A stretch of 53,499 nt of DNA. Source: Clostridiales bacterium. Its GTDB lineage: Bacteria; Bacillota; Limnochordia; Darwinibacteriales; B1SED10-159. The stretch is taken from the NCBI GenBank assembly GCA_003551965.1, contig PUOC01000206.1:1-53499 (forward strand), read 5' to 3'. The notes under the pieces are model-generated. The model did not search any database, was not told where the DNA came from, and was given only the letters and a program-made list of their open reading frames with translations. A program made the translations under genes and the position numbers. Below are positions 1 to 9,335 of this stretch, piece after piece (positions within the stretch are counted from its first letter, which is position 1; each line of letters starts with the position of its first letter).

Positions 1-610
1 ATCCTTCCAAAGCAAAGTGCAGGTTTTCAGCCACAATCGTGGCGTCTGCGATGTTGAGCCAGTGCCGAGTCAGGAAATGGCTGACCGGCATCGGCAGTGC
101 ATGGTATGGCTGGCCCATGTCCTGCATATAATGCAGGGAGCGGGCAAGAAATCGAAAAGCCCAATACAAGTCTTCTTCGGCGTGGGCATGCAGTGCCATT
201 TGATAGAAATGTTCAGCACGCTCTGGTGCGACACCCAAAACGATGACGCCGCCGAGCAGAGCATAACGTTGGTGACGCCAACCGTGGCTTCCTCCGGTCA
301 TCACTTGCAGGCGGCTCAGCTGCAGATTGGTGTCCAGATCCCAATCGGGTTCCGAGGCATAGGCGGTCAGCACATCCAAGGCACTGAAGGGCTCGCCGTC
401 GGCATGCAAGTAGACCAGTTCGAATTCGAGATTATACATGCTGTCGTCCACGTCATCATATAGGTATGGCGTTTCTTCCAGCATGAGCTCCAGCTGTTCG
501 AAATCTCTGAGGCTTTGATGGGTAATGATATCGTGGCCGTCCCATGCCTGGACGGAACCGGCCCATACCAGCACAACAGCCGCTAACGCTACCCAAAGGA
601 TTCTTTTCAC
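1..610 (-). CDS. Secreted zinc-dependent phospholipase C / S1-P1 nuclease family protein (partial, runs off the left edge)
   Basis: Not in the ORF track; translated by hand from GTG at 610 (RBS GGGAGG): MKRILWVALAAVVLVWAGSVQA-WDGHDIITH...EPDWDLD...HGWRH...HYMQDMGQPYH.... The signal peptide is followed directly by the W-x-x-H mature N-terminus and an HYxxDxxxPxH Zn-ligand motif. No stop codon before position 1. Confidence 0.8.
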   Translation of the reverse strand, partial: MKRILWVALAAVVLVWAGSVQAWDGHDIITHQSLRDFEQLELMLEETPYLYDDVDDSMYNLEFELVYLHADGEPFSALDVLTAYASEPDWDLDTNLQLSRLQVMTGGSHGWRHQRYALLGGVIVLGVAPERAEHFYQMALHAHAEEDLYWAFRFLARSLHYMQDMGQPYHALPMPVSHFLTRHWLNIADATIVAENLHFALEG

Positions 611-810
611 CGTTCATCCCTCCCGGATTCCATGGACTGTCTCGGTGTCCCGGTTCCCTGTTGCTTCCTTCCCCGCCGGACGCGAAATACCTTCCCGGGT
701 TTGCCCTCCATCCGGGCGGATTATGCAAAAAACAGTTCAGCACAAGGAGTCCAAAACCAACACCTCGAATACGCTGGTAAATGCTCAACCATGGAAAGGT
801 GGTTATTGTT

Positions 811-2079
811 TTGTCCCATCCCAGCATCTCCGATCTGCGCCAACGCATTCTTCCCCTGCGCCAGCAGGCCGATATCACCGACCGCTGGCTGTCATACCGG
901 CTGCAGCATGTTTTGCCCGAAATCATGATGCGGGAAGGCATCGACATGTGGCTCGTCCTTGCCAGAGAATACAATGAAGACCCTGTCGTCATGAGCCTGC
1001 TGCCCGCTGCCATGCTTACTGCCCGCCGCCGCACCTTGCTTGGTTTCTACCTTCGTCCAGACAGAACTGTGGAATGCATAAACATGGGGCGTTGGGAACG
1101 GGGTTTAAACCAATTCTACACCGGCGGATGGGACAAGACCAAGGAAACACAGTGGGAATACGCTGCCCGCGTCGTCCGAGAGCGGAAACCTGATACAATC
1201 GGGCTCAACGTCTCTAACACGTTTGCCTTTGGTGACGGCCTGACAAAAACCCAGTATGATGAACTGACAGCCGCGTTGGACCCCCAGGACGCCGAACGGG
1301 TTCAGTCTGCTGAACGTCTAGCCGTGGGCTGGTTGGAGAAGCGGACAGAAGAGGAGCTGCAGGCCTACCAGGGCATAAACAAGCTGGCCCATGACATCAT
1401 CGCTAAAGCGTTCTCCCACGAAGTTGTGCATCCGGGAGTCACCACGGGAACCGACGTAGCCTGGTGGATTCGCCAAGTCATAAACGACATTGGGCTGGCA
1501 TCCTGGTTCAGCCCGACAGTAATGATCCAGCGGCGGGGCGTAGCGATGCCGGACCCGGATACAATTATACGGCCCGGCGACCTGCTCCATTGTGACGTGG
1601 GGCTGCACTACCTTGGCCTGGCCACGGATACCCAGCAGATGGCCTATGTTCTCCGCCTGGATGAGGCCGGCGTTCCGGCAGACATCCAGCAGGCATTGGC
1701 GGCCGGGAACCAGCTGCAGGATATTTTTGCCGCCAGCTTCGTTGCCGGCCGCACCGGCAACGAGATCTTCCAAGAAGCCATTGAACAGGCGAAAGCACAG
1801 GGCCTAGAGGCCATGATCTATACCCATCCCATTGGCTACCATGGACATGGAGCAGGCCCTACCATCGGTCTGTTCGATCAGCAATCCTTTGTCAAGGGAA
1901 GCGGAGAATACCCGCTGCATGAAAACACCTGTTATGCGGTGGAACTGAATGTGAAATACCGCCTTCCATCATGGGATGATCAGGAAGTCATGATTGCCCT
2001 CGAACAGACAAGCCTGTTCAACGGCGATTCCGTTCAATATCTGGGCGGGCGGCAGACAGCCTTCCATGTAATTCAATAA
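811..2079 (+). CDS. M24-family metallopeptidase (Xaa-Pro aminopeptidase-like)
   Basis: Pita-bread metal ligands CDVG..TDTQQ, HPIGYHGH, ELN and LEQ. Likely TTG start at 811 after GAAAGGTGG (ORF track starts at 781). Confidence 0.85.
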   Translation: MSHPSISDLRQRILPLRQQADITDRWLSYRLQHVLPEIMMREGIDMWLVLAREYNEDPVVMSLLPAAMLTARRRTLLGFYLRPDRTVECINMGRWERGLNQFYTGGWDKTKETQWEYAARVVRERKPDTIGLNVSNTFAFGDGLTKTQYDELTAALDPQDAERVQSAERLAVGWLEKRTEEELQAYQGINKLAHDIIAKAFSHEVVHPGVTTGTDVAWWIRQVINDIGLASWFSPTVMIQRRGVAMPDPDTIIRPGDLLHCDVGLHYLGLATDTQQMAYVLRLDEAGVPADIQQALAAGNQLQDIFAASFVAGRTGNEIFQEAIEQAKAQGLEAMIYTHPIGYHGHGAGPTIGLFDQQSFVKGSGEYPLHENTCYAVELNVKYRLPSWDDQEVMIALEQTSLFNGDSVQYLGGRQTAFHVIQ

Positions 2080-2096
2080 GGATCGCACAGCCGAAT

Positions 2097-2135
2097 CAAA
2101 CAGAAACAACCGCCGGCCGCGGTTGTTTCTGTTTG
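2097..2135. terminator. Bidirectional terminator-like hairpin between convergent genes
   Basis: Perfect 17-bp inverted repeat CAAACAGAAACAACCGC / GCGGTTGTTTCTGTTTG with a 5-nt loop. Confidence 0.75.
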
Positions 2136-2164
2136 TGTCCATTACCTTTCTGTACAGCTTCGTT

Positions 2165-4273
2165 CTAGCGGTTATCGATATACACGATGCGAGCATCATC
2201 GTCGCCCAAGTTTACTGTCAGCTCCAGCCGGCTGCCTACCAGCTTCCAGTCATCGGCGCCGGTCACGGCGGTCTTCGCGGTTGTTTCCAGGGGCTGTGTA
2301 TAGTGTTTCGCCTCGGTTGCTTTGACAGTGAAGAACACCACCATTCCCCGGCCGGTTTTGGGATCGATCTTCTCATAAATCTCAGGGCTCGATCCGATGA
2401 AACCCTGCACACGAGGATAGCTGTTGAGCACCGCATCAGCCACAGACTTATAGCGTTGAATGTGACTGCGGAAAAACGCCGCATCGCCGCTGTCCAAAGC
2501 CACGAGATCACCCCAGATGCCATTTCCTCCCAGGACCATCGCGGCAGCACTGTTAATCTGTGACAGCCGGGGTTTGTCCGGCAGGAAATGGGTCAGGAAT
2601 AGGCTCGACGGCAGATAACGGTCATAGAGTATGCTTTGGCGGCAGATCCGGGGACGAACCGGACCCGGATAGAAGAAGGCATTGATTGTATTGGGCTCTA
2701 TGCTGACCCAGGACGGTATATCGAAATTGTGAAAGTAGGGGCCGTTGTTGATAAGAAAATACTTCCCCGCCGAGAGAAAGCCCAATCCAACGAACCGTCC
2801 GGCTTCCGTAACGTCGAAGTCCATGATTGCACCGGGACACCGCCGGCCCACCTCTTCTGCTATGCGGATCATCTGCCGTCCCATTTCGTAGGCATAGCAT
2901 TGCCGACGCTCTTCGGAACTGTTGGCCTCTGTGCCGTGCCGGTGATAGGGGGAGTCGCATCCGTATTGGCCAATCCCATCCCACTTGAAATAGGAAACAC
3001 CCAACTCGCCATGGAGACTTACCAGCTTCTCAATGAACCAATCGGCATAGCCCGATGCCAGGCACATGCCGTAACTGGCCTCTGTTTCCCAAATCTGCTC
3101 ATGGTAGCGGGGCTTGCAGCCGTCTGACATGATATACTCCGGATGGGACCGCACGATTTCACTGGTCTTTGCAGCGACAATGGGGTTGAACCACAGGCCT
3201 AGTTTCATCCCGTGATGCTCTAGCCTTTCCCGAACCGCCCGCATATTCTCCGGGAACCGCTCCTGATTGACCAGCCAATCGCCGGTCTTGTTATACCAAC
3301 CGGTGTCGATAACAAAGACATCAATACCCATGGCATGGGCTGCATCAATTTCCTGCAGCATGCGCCCACTGTTCATCTCCGCCAGATAAGGTTTATTCTT
3401 GAAATAGCGATTGCGTTCCTGGTAGTTCCAGCTGTTGTAAAAGATGCAGGGATGCCGAGATGCCTTGGAATCCGCCATGTAGTGGAGGGTGAACTGGCGG
3501 TAATGCTGCAGCAGGTCGTCCAAGGAACCGTCTGCGGCAGCCAACTGCAGCCACACGGTCGTGAAGGGCTGGTCTGGCCCAATGCTCTGACCTTCATAGT
3601 AATTGCCCTTCAGAGCCTGGACGGTCAGCTCCCCTCCATCGAGAGTACACTGCAGGAAGCTGTCGGGAGAGTCACAGCCGTGCTCATAGGCAGCAAGCAT
3701 GGAACCGCCATCACCGCTCAACACGGCCATGGGACCGGGAAAGCCATAGGGCTTGATCAGATCTGCTGTGGAACAGCTTTGTTCATGGGGTACATAGGAG
3801 TGTACCAGCGGGTTGAATTGGCTGAACTGGATTTCTGTCAAGGTGCAGTAGTTGTCGGCCCCGCCAACCCGCAGATACTCGGCATCGTTCTTCCCGCGGT
3901 GGTTTGTAAGCACCGAAGCTGCAGTGCTGTAGAGCTCATAGCGAAACCGAATCACAGGATTGTCCCTGCTGACCCGCATGCGCAGATACAGCTCCAAACT
4001 GGGCTTCAACTCTGTCCCATAGCGAAGCAGATGTTCCTCAACCCCGGGCATGATGGTTTGTGAACCGAGAGACTGGACAAAGCGGAAATCACTGCGCCGC
4101 TGACCGTCCACTCGGAAGACCGGCGGCGAAACGATATGGGACTGCAGGCGGAACGCAGCCTGGGAAGGAAATTCGATAGCACCGCTGCCCGTTTTTATGA
4201 TCAAATTCTCAACCTCCCATCGGTGATGTTCAAAAAGGAAGCACCCCGGCTCCAACCGGGATGCTTCCGCCAT
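2165..4273 (-). CDS. Glycoside hydrolase, GH36-like (alpha-galactosidase/melibiase clan GH-D)
   Basis: YNSW, FVIDTGW, GDW...RFP, GMKLGLWFNP and YFKWDG (nucleophile Asp) motifs. No signal peptide. Confidence 0.75.
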   Translation of the reverse strand: MAEASRLEPGCFLFEHHRWEVENLIIKTGSGAIEFPSQAAFRLQSHIVSPPVFRVDGQRRSDFRFVQSLGSQTIMPGVEEHLLRYGTELKPSLELYLRMRVSRDNPVIRFRYELYSTAASVLTNHRGKNDAEYLRVGGADNYCTLTEIQFSQFNPLVHSYVPHEQSCSTADLIKPYGFPGPMAVLSGDGGSMLAAYEHGCDSPDSFLQCTLDGGELTVQALKGNYYEGQSIGPDQPFTTVWLQLAAADGSLDDLLQHYRQFTLHYMADSKASRHPCIFYNSWNYQERNRYFKNKPYLAEMNSGRMLQEIDAAHAMGIDVFVIDTGWYNKTGDWLVNQERFPENMRAVRERLEHHGMKLGLWFNPIVAAKTSEIVRSHPEYIMSDGCKPRYHEQIWETEASYGMCLASGYADWFIEKLVSLHGELGVSYFKWDGIGQYGCDSPYHRHGTEANSSEERRQCYAYEMGRQMIRIAEEVGRRCPGAIMDFDVTEAGRFVGLGFLSAGKYFLINNGPYFHNFDIPSWVSIEPNTINAFFYPGPVRPRICRQSILYDRYLPSSLFLTHFLPDKPRLSQINSAAAMVLGGNGIWGDLVALDSGDAAFFRSHIQRYKSVADAVLNSYPRVQGFIGSSPEIYEKIDPKTGRGMVVFFTVKATEAKHYTQPLETTAKTAVTGADDWKLVGSRLELTVNLGDDDARIVYIDNR

Positions 4274-4290
4274 GACACGGAGTCTTTGTC

Positions 4291-6198
4291 TTATTCATCG
4301 AAGAACATCTGCTCTGGATCGTGATTCGTCGTCCACTGTGTCTCCCAGCCCCATAGGCCCTGCTCGGGGATGTTGCGGAGATTGTTGGTGGCAATGATGG
4401 GATAGGGCGCTTCACCAATGGTTCCGATGGCCCAGAGATTTTCCGCCTGGGATTGCAGAATGTTGGCGGCCAGCTCAGCCCGGACTTCCGGATCGGGCTC
4501 GACAATGACCTGTTCATACCAGTCCAACAGCTGCGCCACCTTCTCCGGCGGCTCTTCTCCCATCTCACCATCGCTAAGGTAGTAGGAAGCCCACTCCATG
4601 AAATTGACGTTCGCGGCGTAGGTTCCCACGGGGATGATGAAGTTGTTCTCGGCAGGGAACAAGAGATCGGTCTCTGCGGAACCATGCCAAACGGTCATAT
4701 CCAGCAGATTGGCCGGTCCCCGCTGCCAGATGAGCTCGCCCGATATTTCTTCCATCCGGACATCAAGGCCCAATTCCTGCCAGTATTGGACGACCAACTC
4801 TACATTGGGCCTTTTATCTGTCTCCGCATGCTGGTACTCAATGGCGAATCGGAAGGTTTCACCATCGGGGTGCAGACGCCATCCATCACCGTCCCGTTCC
4901 TGCATACCCATTTCGTCCAGCAGCGCATTGGCCCGCTCGGGATCGTATTCCACATAGCTTTCGGCAAACTCGGGCTGATAATGCTTACTGCCTTCCATGA
5001 CCGTGTACTGCATAGGACGGGCCTGTCCGAAATACACGATGTCATTGATTTCTTGGCGATCAATACCCAATGACAGCGCCTTGCGGAAATCCAGGTTCTG
5101 GAACACTTCGCGCATTCTTTCCTCCTGGTGGGTCAAGGCCGGGAAATAGATAACTTCATTGCCGTGGCCGCTCTGCCAAAGTATTGTCCGGTATCCATAC
5201 TCCTCTTCGAACCGCCGATAAAGAGGGTAGTTCTGGATTTCCGTACTGAAGGCTGCGAAGTCCAATTCGCCGGAAATGGCTCGCCCGTGATACACTTCAT
5301 CGTCCGCCACCAGCTCGGCCTCGATTCTATCGATATAGGGCAGCTGGTTTCCTTCGGTGTCGACCTTCCAGAAATACGGGTTTCTTTCATATATCCGCAG
5401 ATCAGAGGCCAGCGAAACCAACCTGTACGGTGCCAAGGTCGGCAGGTCCACACGGATGGGCACATTGATAATGGTATCACTCATGTAACTGAAGAGCTCA
5501 TGCCAGTATTCGAAGCCGGCTTCGTCCACCTTTTCGGCTAGTTCCTCGGCATCGGCGTAATCGATGTGGAACTGCTCCATATAGTGCCGCGGATACACCG
5601 CACCCCAGCGTCTGTGAATGAACTGCCCTGGAAAATACGGTTTCGGCTCGGCAAATCGAAATTCCAGGGTGAAGTCGTCGACCTTTACCAACTCCATCAC
5701 TTCGCCGCCAGCCCGCCAGGCCGGATTAATCGCTGTAGTCAGCTCCTCGTTGAGAAGCACATCCTCATACCAAAACATGACATCATCGGCGGTAAACGGT
5801 TCTCCGTCAGACCACTTCACGCCTTCGCGCATTTTAAGCGTCCAGACATCATACTCGTCATTAGGCTCGAAACTCTCGGCCATGTGCGTCACATAGCCGG
5901 CTCCATCGGGATCAGCCTGGATAAAGTCCGTCCAGGCAGACATCATCATGGTGTCATCACCAATGCCTTCAATCGTCCCAATCACGCCCGTGCGAGCGGT
6001 GCCGCCATAGCGGCCGATTTCCTCGATAGGTTCCACCACATAGGGATTGTCCGGGAGCCTTTCCTCCACAGCAGGAAGTTCGCCTTGTTCAACCAGCTCC
6101 TGCAGCATGGGTGCTTCATTGAAGGAAGTCCCAAAAACAGGGACAGCCAACAGCAAAACCGCCGCCAGGGAAATCGAAGTCAGACATGTCCTTTTCAC
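4291..6198 (-). CDS. ABC transporter solute-binding protein, family 5 (oligosaccharide-binding type)
   Basis: EAPML..LV..GELP.VEERLP, YGG, REGVKWSDGEPFTADDV and RNPYFWKVDTEGNQLPYID motifs. GTG start at 6198 with RBS GAAAGGAG. Sec signal peptide without a lipobox. Confidence 0.9.
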   Translation of the reverse strand: MKRTCLTSISLAAVLLLAVPVFGTSFNEAPMLQELVEQGELPAVEERLPDNPYVVEPIEEIGRYGGTARTGVIGTIEGIGDDTMMMSAWTDFIQADPDGAGYVTHMAESFEPNDEYDVWTLKMREGVKWSDGEPFTADDVMFWYEDVLLNEELTTAINPAWRAGGEVMELVKVDDFTLEFRFAEPKPYFPGQFIHRRWGAVYPRHYMEQFHIDYADAEELAEKVDEAGFEYWHELFSYMSDTIINVPIRVDLPTLAPYRLVSLASDLRIYERNPYFWKVDTEGNQLPYIDRIEAELVADDEVYHGRAISGELDFAAFSTEIQNYPLYRRFEEEYGYRTILWQSGHGNEVIYFPALTHQEERMREVFQNLDFRKALSLGIDRQEINDIVYFGQARPMQYTVMEGSKHYQPEFAESYVEYDPERANALLDEMGMQERDGDGWRLHPDGETFRFAIEYQHAETDKRPNVELVVQYWQELGLDVRMEEISGELIWQRGPANLLDMTVWHGSAETDLLFPAENNFIIPVGTYAANVNFMEWASYYLSDGEMGEEPPEKVAQLLDWYEQVIVEPDPEVRAELAANILQSQAENLWAIGTIGEAPYPIIATNNLRNIPEQGLWGWETQWTTNHDPEQMFFDE

Positions 6199-6283
6199 AA
6201 TGAACCGTCTCCTTTCAAGATGATAGAACCCAAGAACCACCGCCAAAGGCTGCTTCCCTCACCTCCTTGCTCGGACGGTGATG

Positions 6284-8131
6284 CTACAAAGGTGCCTCCA
6301 AGCCTTCCAGCCAGCCCGCTTCCATCAGTGCGATCAGTGCCAACAGACCGCCCCAGTGATAAAAACGATCGCTATTGCGTTTATTGCAGCCTGCTCCGGT
6401 GTCGGCGCAGTAGTTTTCGTGGACATGGCCCTTTTCCTTCCACTCCTTGAGAATGAGCCGCGTCGAACGCTCGGCCAAATCCCTTTGGGCCTGCACCAGT
6501 CCGCTCCGACGCAGACCCAGATAAACCAGGAAATTCATGGGAGCCCAGATGCGTCCCCGCCAGTAGTCTTGGTCGGCATAGGCCGGGTCGCTGCGGGCAA
6601 TCGACGGCAGGATCCAGTCGCCCCAGAAGGATCCAGGATCGTAGAAGTGCCGGCTCACAGCTCTCTCCGCAGCCTGCGGAGAGGTTCCCTGGGACAGAAG
6701 GGCATAGAAATTCGTGGGAGACAGCCGGTGGCTGAACTCTCCCGTGTCCATGCGGCGGTTCAGGAATATTTCCGTTTCCTCATCCCAGAGACTGTGCAAT
6801 CCATCTTCCACGGCTGATGCCCGCCTACCCAGTAAAGCTGCGTCCTCATGGCGCTCAAGCACTGACGCAATGTCAGCCAAGGCGCGGCAGTCCATGGCAT
6901 ACAACCCCATCAAGCCCACGTCAGCCAACTGCATCAGTTCATTTTCCTGGTCAAAGGGCACACCATCATACATAGGTGAATTGTCCAATCCAGACTCTAA
7001 GGCCGCCCCAAAGGTGTCGCTTACGCCGGCGTGTTCCCAATGGGAATCAAAGGCCGGTTTGAAGGCATTAGAACCCCACGCCAAAAGGCCTGGCCGGATC
7101 TGCCGGTTTTCAAAGAACCACGTATTCCATTCCATGAGGCCTTCATACACTTCTTCCAGCAGCCACGTCTCCCGATAGCGCCGGTACAGCTCACGCACGA
7201 CCATCGATCCCACCGGCGGCTGTGAACGGTCCTCGCTTTTCCTGTCCTCATCCGCTGCAAAATTAGGCACAAAACCCCGGGCGGTTCTTTCTTGCGTCAT
7301 TTCCACGGCGTTGGCATAGGCCAGGTCTTTGTAGTCCAGCGATGCCATGTAGGCAGCAAAGTACGTATCCCAGCAGAAAAGCACATAGCCGCCCCACTGT
7401 ATGTTCCAGAGTCGGCTGACAGGCGTAACCACGCGCTCCTTTTTCGGTTCGTAGATCGTATCCCAAGCCATACAAACCTGCATGGCTTGGTAGACATCGC
7501 CATCTTCCCCAAACTCCTGCACCCGCCGCTCATATGCTGCGCGCTGGGCATGGATGATTTCCCCGATGCGATCTATGCTGCACGGCTGTCCCGTGGAAAT
7601 TCCAACGGGCCTGTCAAGGGTCATGGCCAGGTATGGCGATTGGACGGCGATATTGGGCTCGTCGCGCAGATCACCCGTGGTATGCACCCGGACTTGGCCG
7701 GTATCGAAAACAGCCTGGAGTGTGTCATCCTTCCTGGAAATCGTCCCGGGCCGATTCCAGAGCATGGCTGCTTCTACCACCAAGGCAGGCGGATACAAGG
7801 GAAGTCTTTCCGGAGTAATTCGCATATAGAGCTGGTTTTCCTCTACCGCTGTTTCTACTGTAATGTCCACACCCTTCCAACAAAGCTGCAGACTGGTGTA
7901 ACTGCCGTCATAGGTCCGGGGGCCGGGGCGCACGACTTCCACATCCTCGCCGATCCGCCCGATCAGCGCTTCCTTGAGGTACTGGCCGCCGGCATACTCT
8001 TTGATCCCCAGGTTGACCGCAAATCCCTGGGGCAGGCAGACATGGGACAGAACGCTGCGCGTGTTCCAAGTATTCCAGCCCTGTGCCAATCTGCGTTTCA
8101 CTGCCTCATAGTTCCGGGACATAGCTTTCAT
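6284..8131 (-). CDS. (alpha/alpha)6 glycoside hydrolase, GH63/MGH1/trehalase-like
   Basis: FCWDTYF, RSQPPV, ESGLDNSPMYD, YWRGRIWAPMN, HENY and YHWG motifs. Confidence 0.8.
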   Translation of the reverse strand: MKAMSRNYEAVKRRLAQGWNTWNTRSVLSHVCLPQGFAVNLGIKEYAGGQYLKEALIGRIGEDVEVVRPGPRTYDGSYTSLQLCWKGVDITVETAVEENQLYMRITPERLPLYPPALVVEAAMLWNRPGTISRKDDTLQAVFDTGQVRVHTTGDLRDEPNIAVQSPYLAMTLDRPVGISTGQPCSIDRIGEIIHAQRAAYERRVQEFGEDGDVYQAMQVCMAWDTIYEPKKERVVTPVSRLWNIQWGGYVLFCWDTYFAAYMASLDYKDLAYANAVEMTQERTARGFVPNFAADEDRKSEDRSQPPVGSMVVRELYRRYRETWLLEEVYEGLMEWNTWFFENRQIRPGLLAWGSNAFKPAFDSHWEHAGVSDTFGAALESGLDNSPMYDGVPFDQENELMQLADVGLMGLYAMDCRALADIASVLERHEDAALLGRRASAVEDGLHSLWDEETEIFLNRRMDTGEFSHRLSPTNFYALLSQGTSPQAAERAVSRHFYDPGSFWGDWILPSIARSDPAYADQDYWRGRIWAPMNFLVYLGLRRSGLVQAQRDLAERSTRLILKEWKEKGHVHENYCADTGAGCNKRNSDRFYHWGGLLALIALMEAGWLEGLEAPL

Positions 8132-8223
8132 CCTCTCTAATCGTATGTTAACATGTATCTAAAGCCCGATGTTGCACACTTACCGGTCAAAAATAGTACG
8201 ATTCTGTCAAAGGAGTGGCTTGC

Positions 8224-9159
8224 ATGGACAGCACGCAACCCCTGACCTTTGAATACCGCCAACCGTCGGACTTTCCTTTTCTGCTCTGCCGCAACGAAAG
8301 CCGCCCCCATCGCCACAGCCAAGGCAACCTGATCTATTTCCACTGGCACCGGGAAATGGAATTTCTGTATGTAAGACAAGGCCGAATGCTCTTTGATATT
8401 CAGGGCCAAGCGGTTGCCGCCAAGGCCGGAGAAGCCGTTATGCTCAACCGAGAGGTCCTGCATGGAGGACGCCCCCAGGGAAGAGAACGCTGCATCGTTT
8501 ATGCCATGGTATTTGAACCGAGTCTTCTGCGCTTTGCCGCCACCGATGAGTGTCAAACCCTTTATGTCGACCCCTTTGTCCACAACCGCCTGCGCATGCC
8601 CCATCATATCTCCGGCTGCCGCCCTTGGGAGCGGCGGATCATCGCTGCGCTGGAAGATATTGCGGTTGTCGGCGCCGTTCCTGCGCCTGGGCGCAAACTG
8701 CGGATCAAACTGAAGTTGTATGAGATCTTCCTGGAATTGGTTCTCAGCGGCTGCTGCTGCGCAGAGCCTCCCAGTGCCGCATCCGAAGCCGTGGGCCGCT
8801 GGAAACAGGTGACCAACTTCGTAGAGGAACACTACCAGCGGCGCATTTACATCGAGGAGCTGGCTGACGCGGCAGGTTTCAGTACCGACCATTTCTACAG
8901 GCGTTTCCGGAACGTCTTCCGCCAAACGCCCCTGGCTTTTATCAATCGTTACCGCACTTCAAAGGCTATGGAACGCCTTTGGTATACCGACACGCCCATT
9001 CAGACGATTGCACTGGATGTGGGATTCTCCAACGCCAACTACTTCACTCGGGTATTCAAGGCCGTCAACGGCTGTACTCCCCGCCAGTACCGTCGCATGG
9101 CAGCAGGTCAAAGCCACTCCAGTCGGACGGATCCGCACTATTCTTTCTATCTGCACTGA
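8224..9159 (+). CDS. AraC-family transcriptional regulator
   Basis: N-terminal cupin (HWHREMEFLYV.QG) and C-terminal double HTH (ELADAAGFS..HF.R.F, IALDVGFSNANYFTRVFK..GCTPRQYR). Divergent from the glycosidase genes. Confidence 0.92.
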   Translation: MDSTQPLTFEYRQPSDFPFLLCRNESRPHRHSQGNLIYFHWHREMEFLYVRQGRMLFDIQGQAVAAKAGEAVMLNREVLHGGRPQGRERCIVYAMVFEPSLLRFAATDECQTLYVDPFVHNRLRMPHHISGCRPWERRIIAALEDIAVVGAVPAPGRKLRIKLKLYEIFLELVLSGCCCAEPPSAASEAVGRWKQVTNFVEEHYQRRIYIEELADAAGFSTDHFYRRFRNVFRQTPLAFINRYRTSKAMERLWYTDTPIQTIALDVGFSNANYFTRVFKAVNGCTPRQYRRMAAGQSHSSRTDPHYSFYLH

Positions 9160-9335
9160 TACCTGGCTTGGGTACAGATCCGCGGAAGACAAAAAAGACC
9201 TTTCGGTTGTGGCAAAAGGCCTCGCCCAGTGATTCTGACGGTGATCATACCTCAAGATAGTTCGCTTCATCTCCAAAAAACCTCTGCAGCCAAAACATCC
9301 AAGGCGCGCCAGCGGCAAAGCCAAAACCGTCCGTC

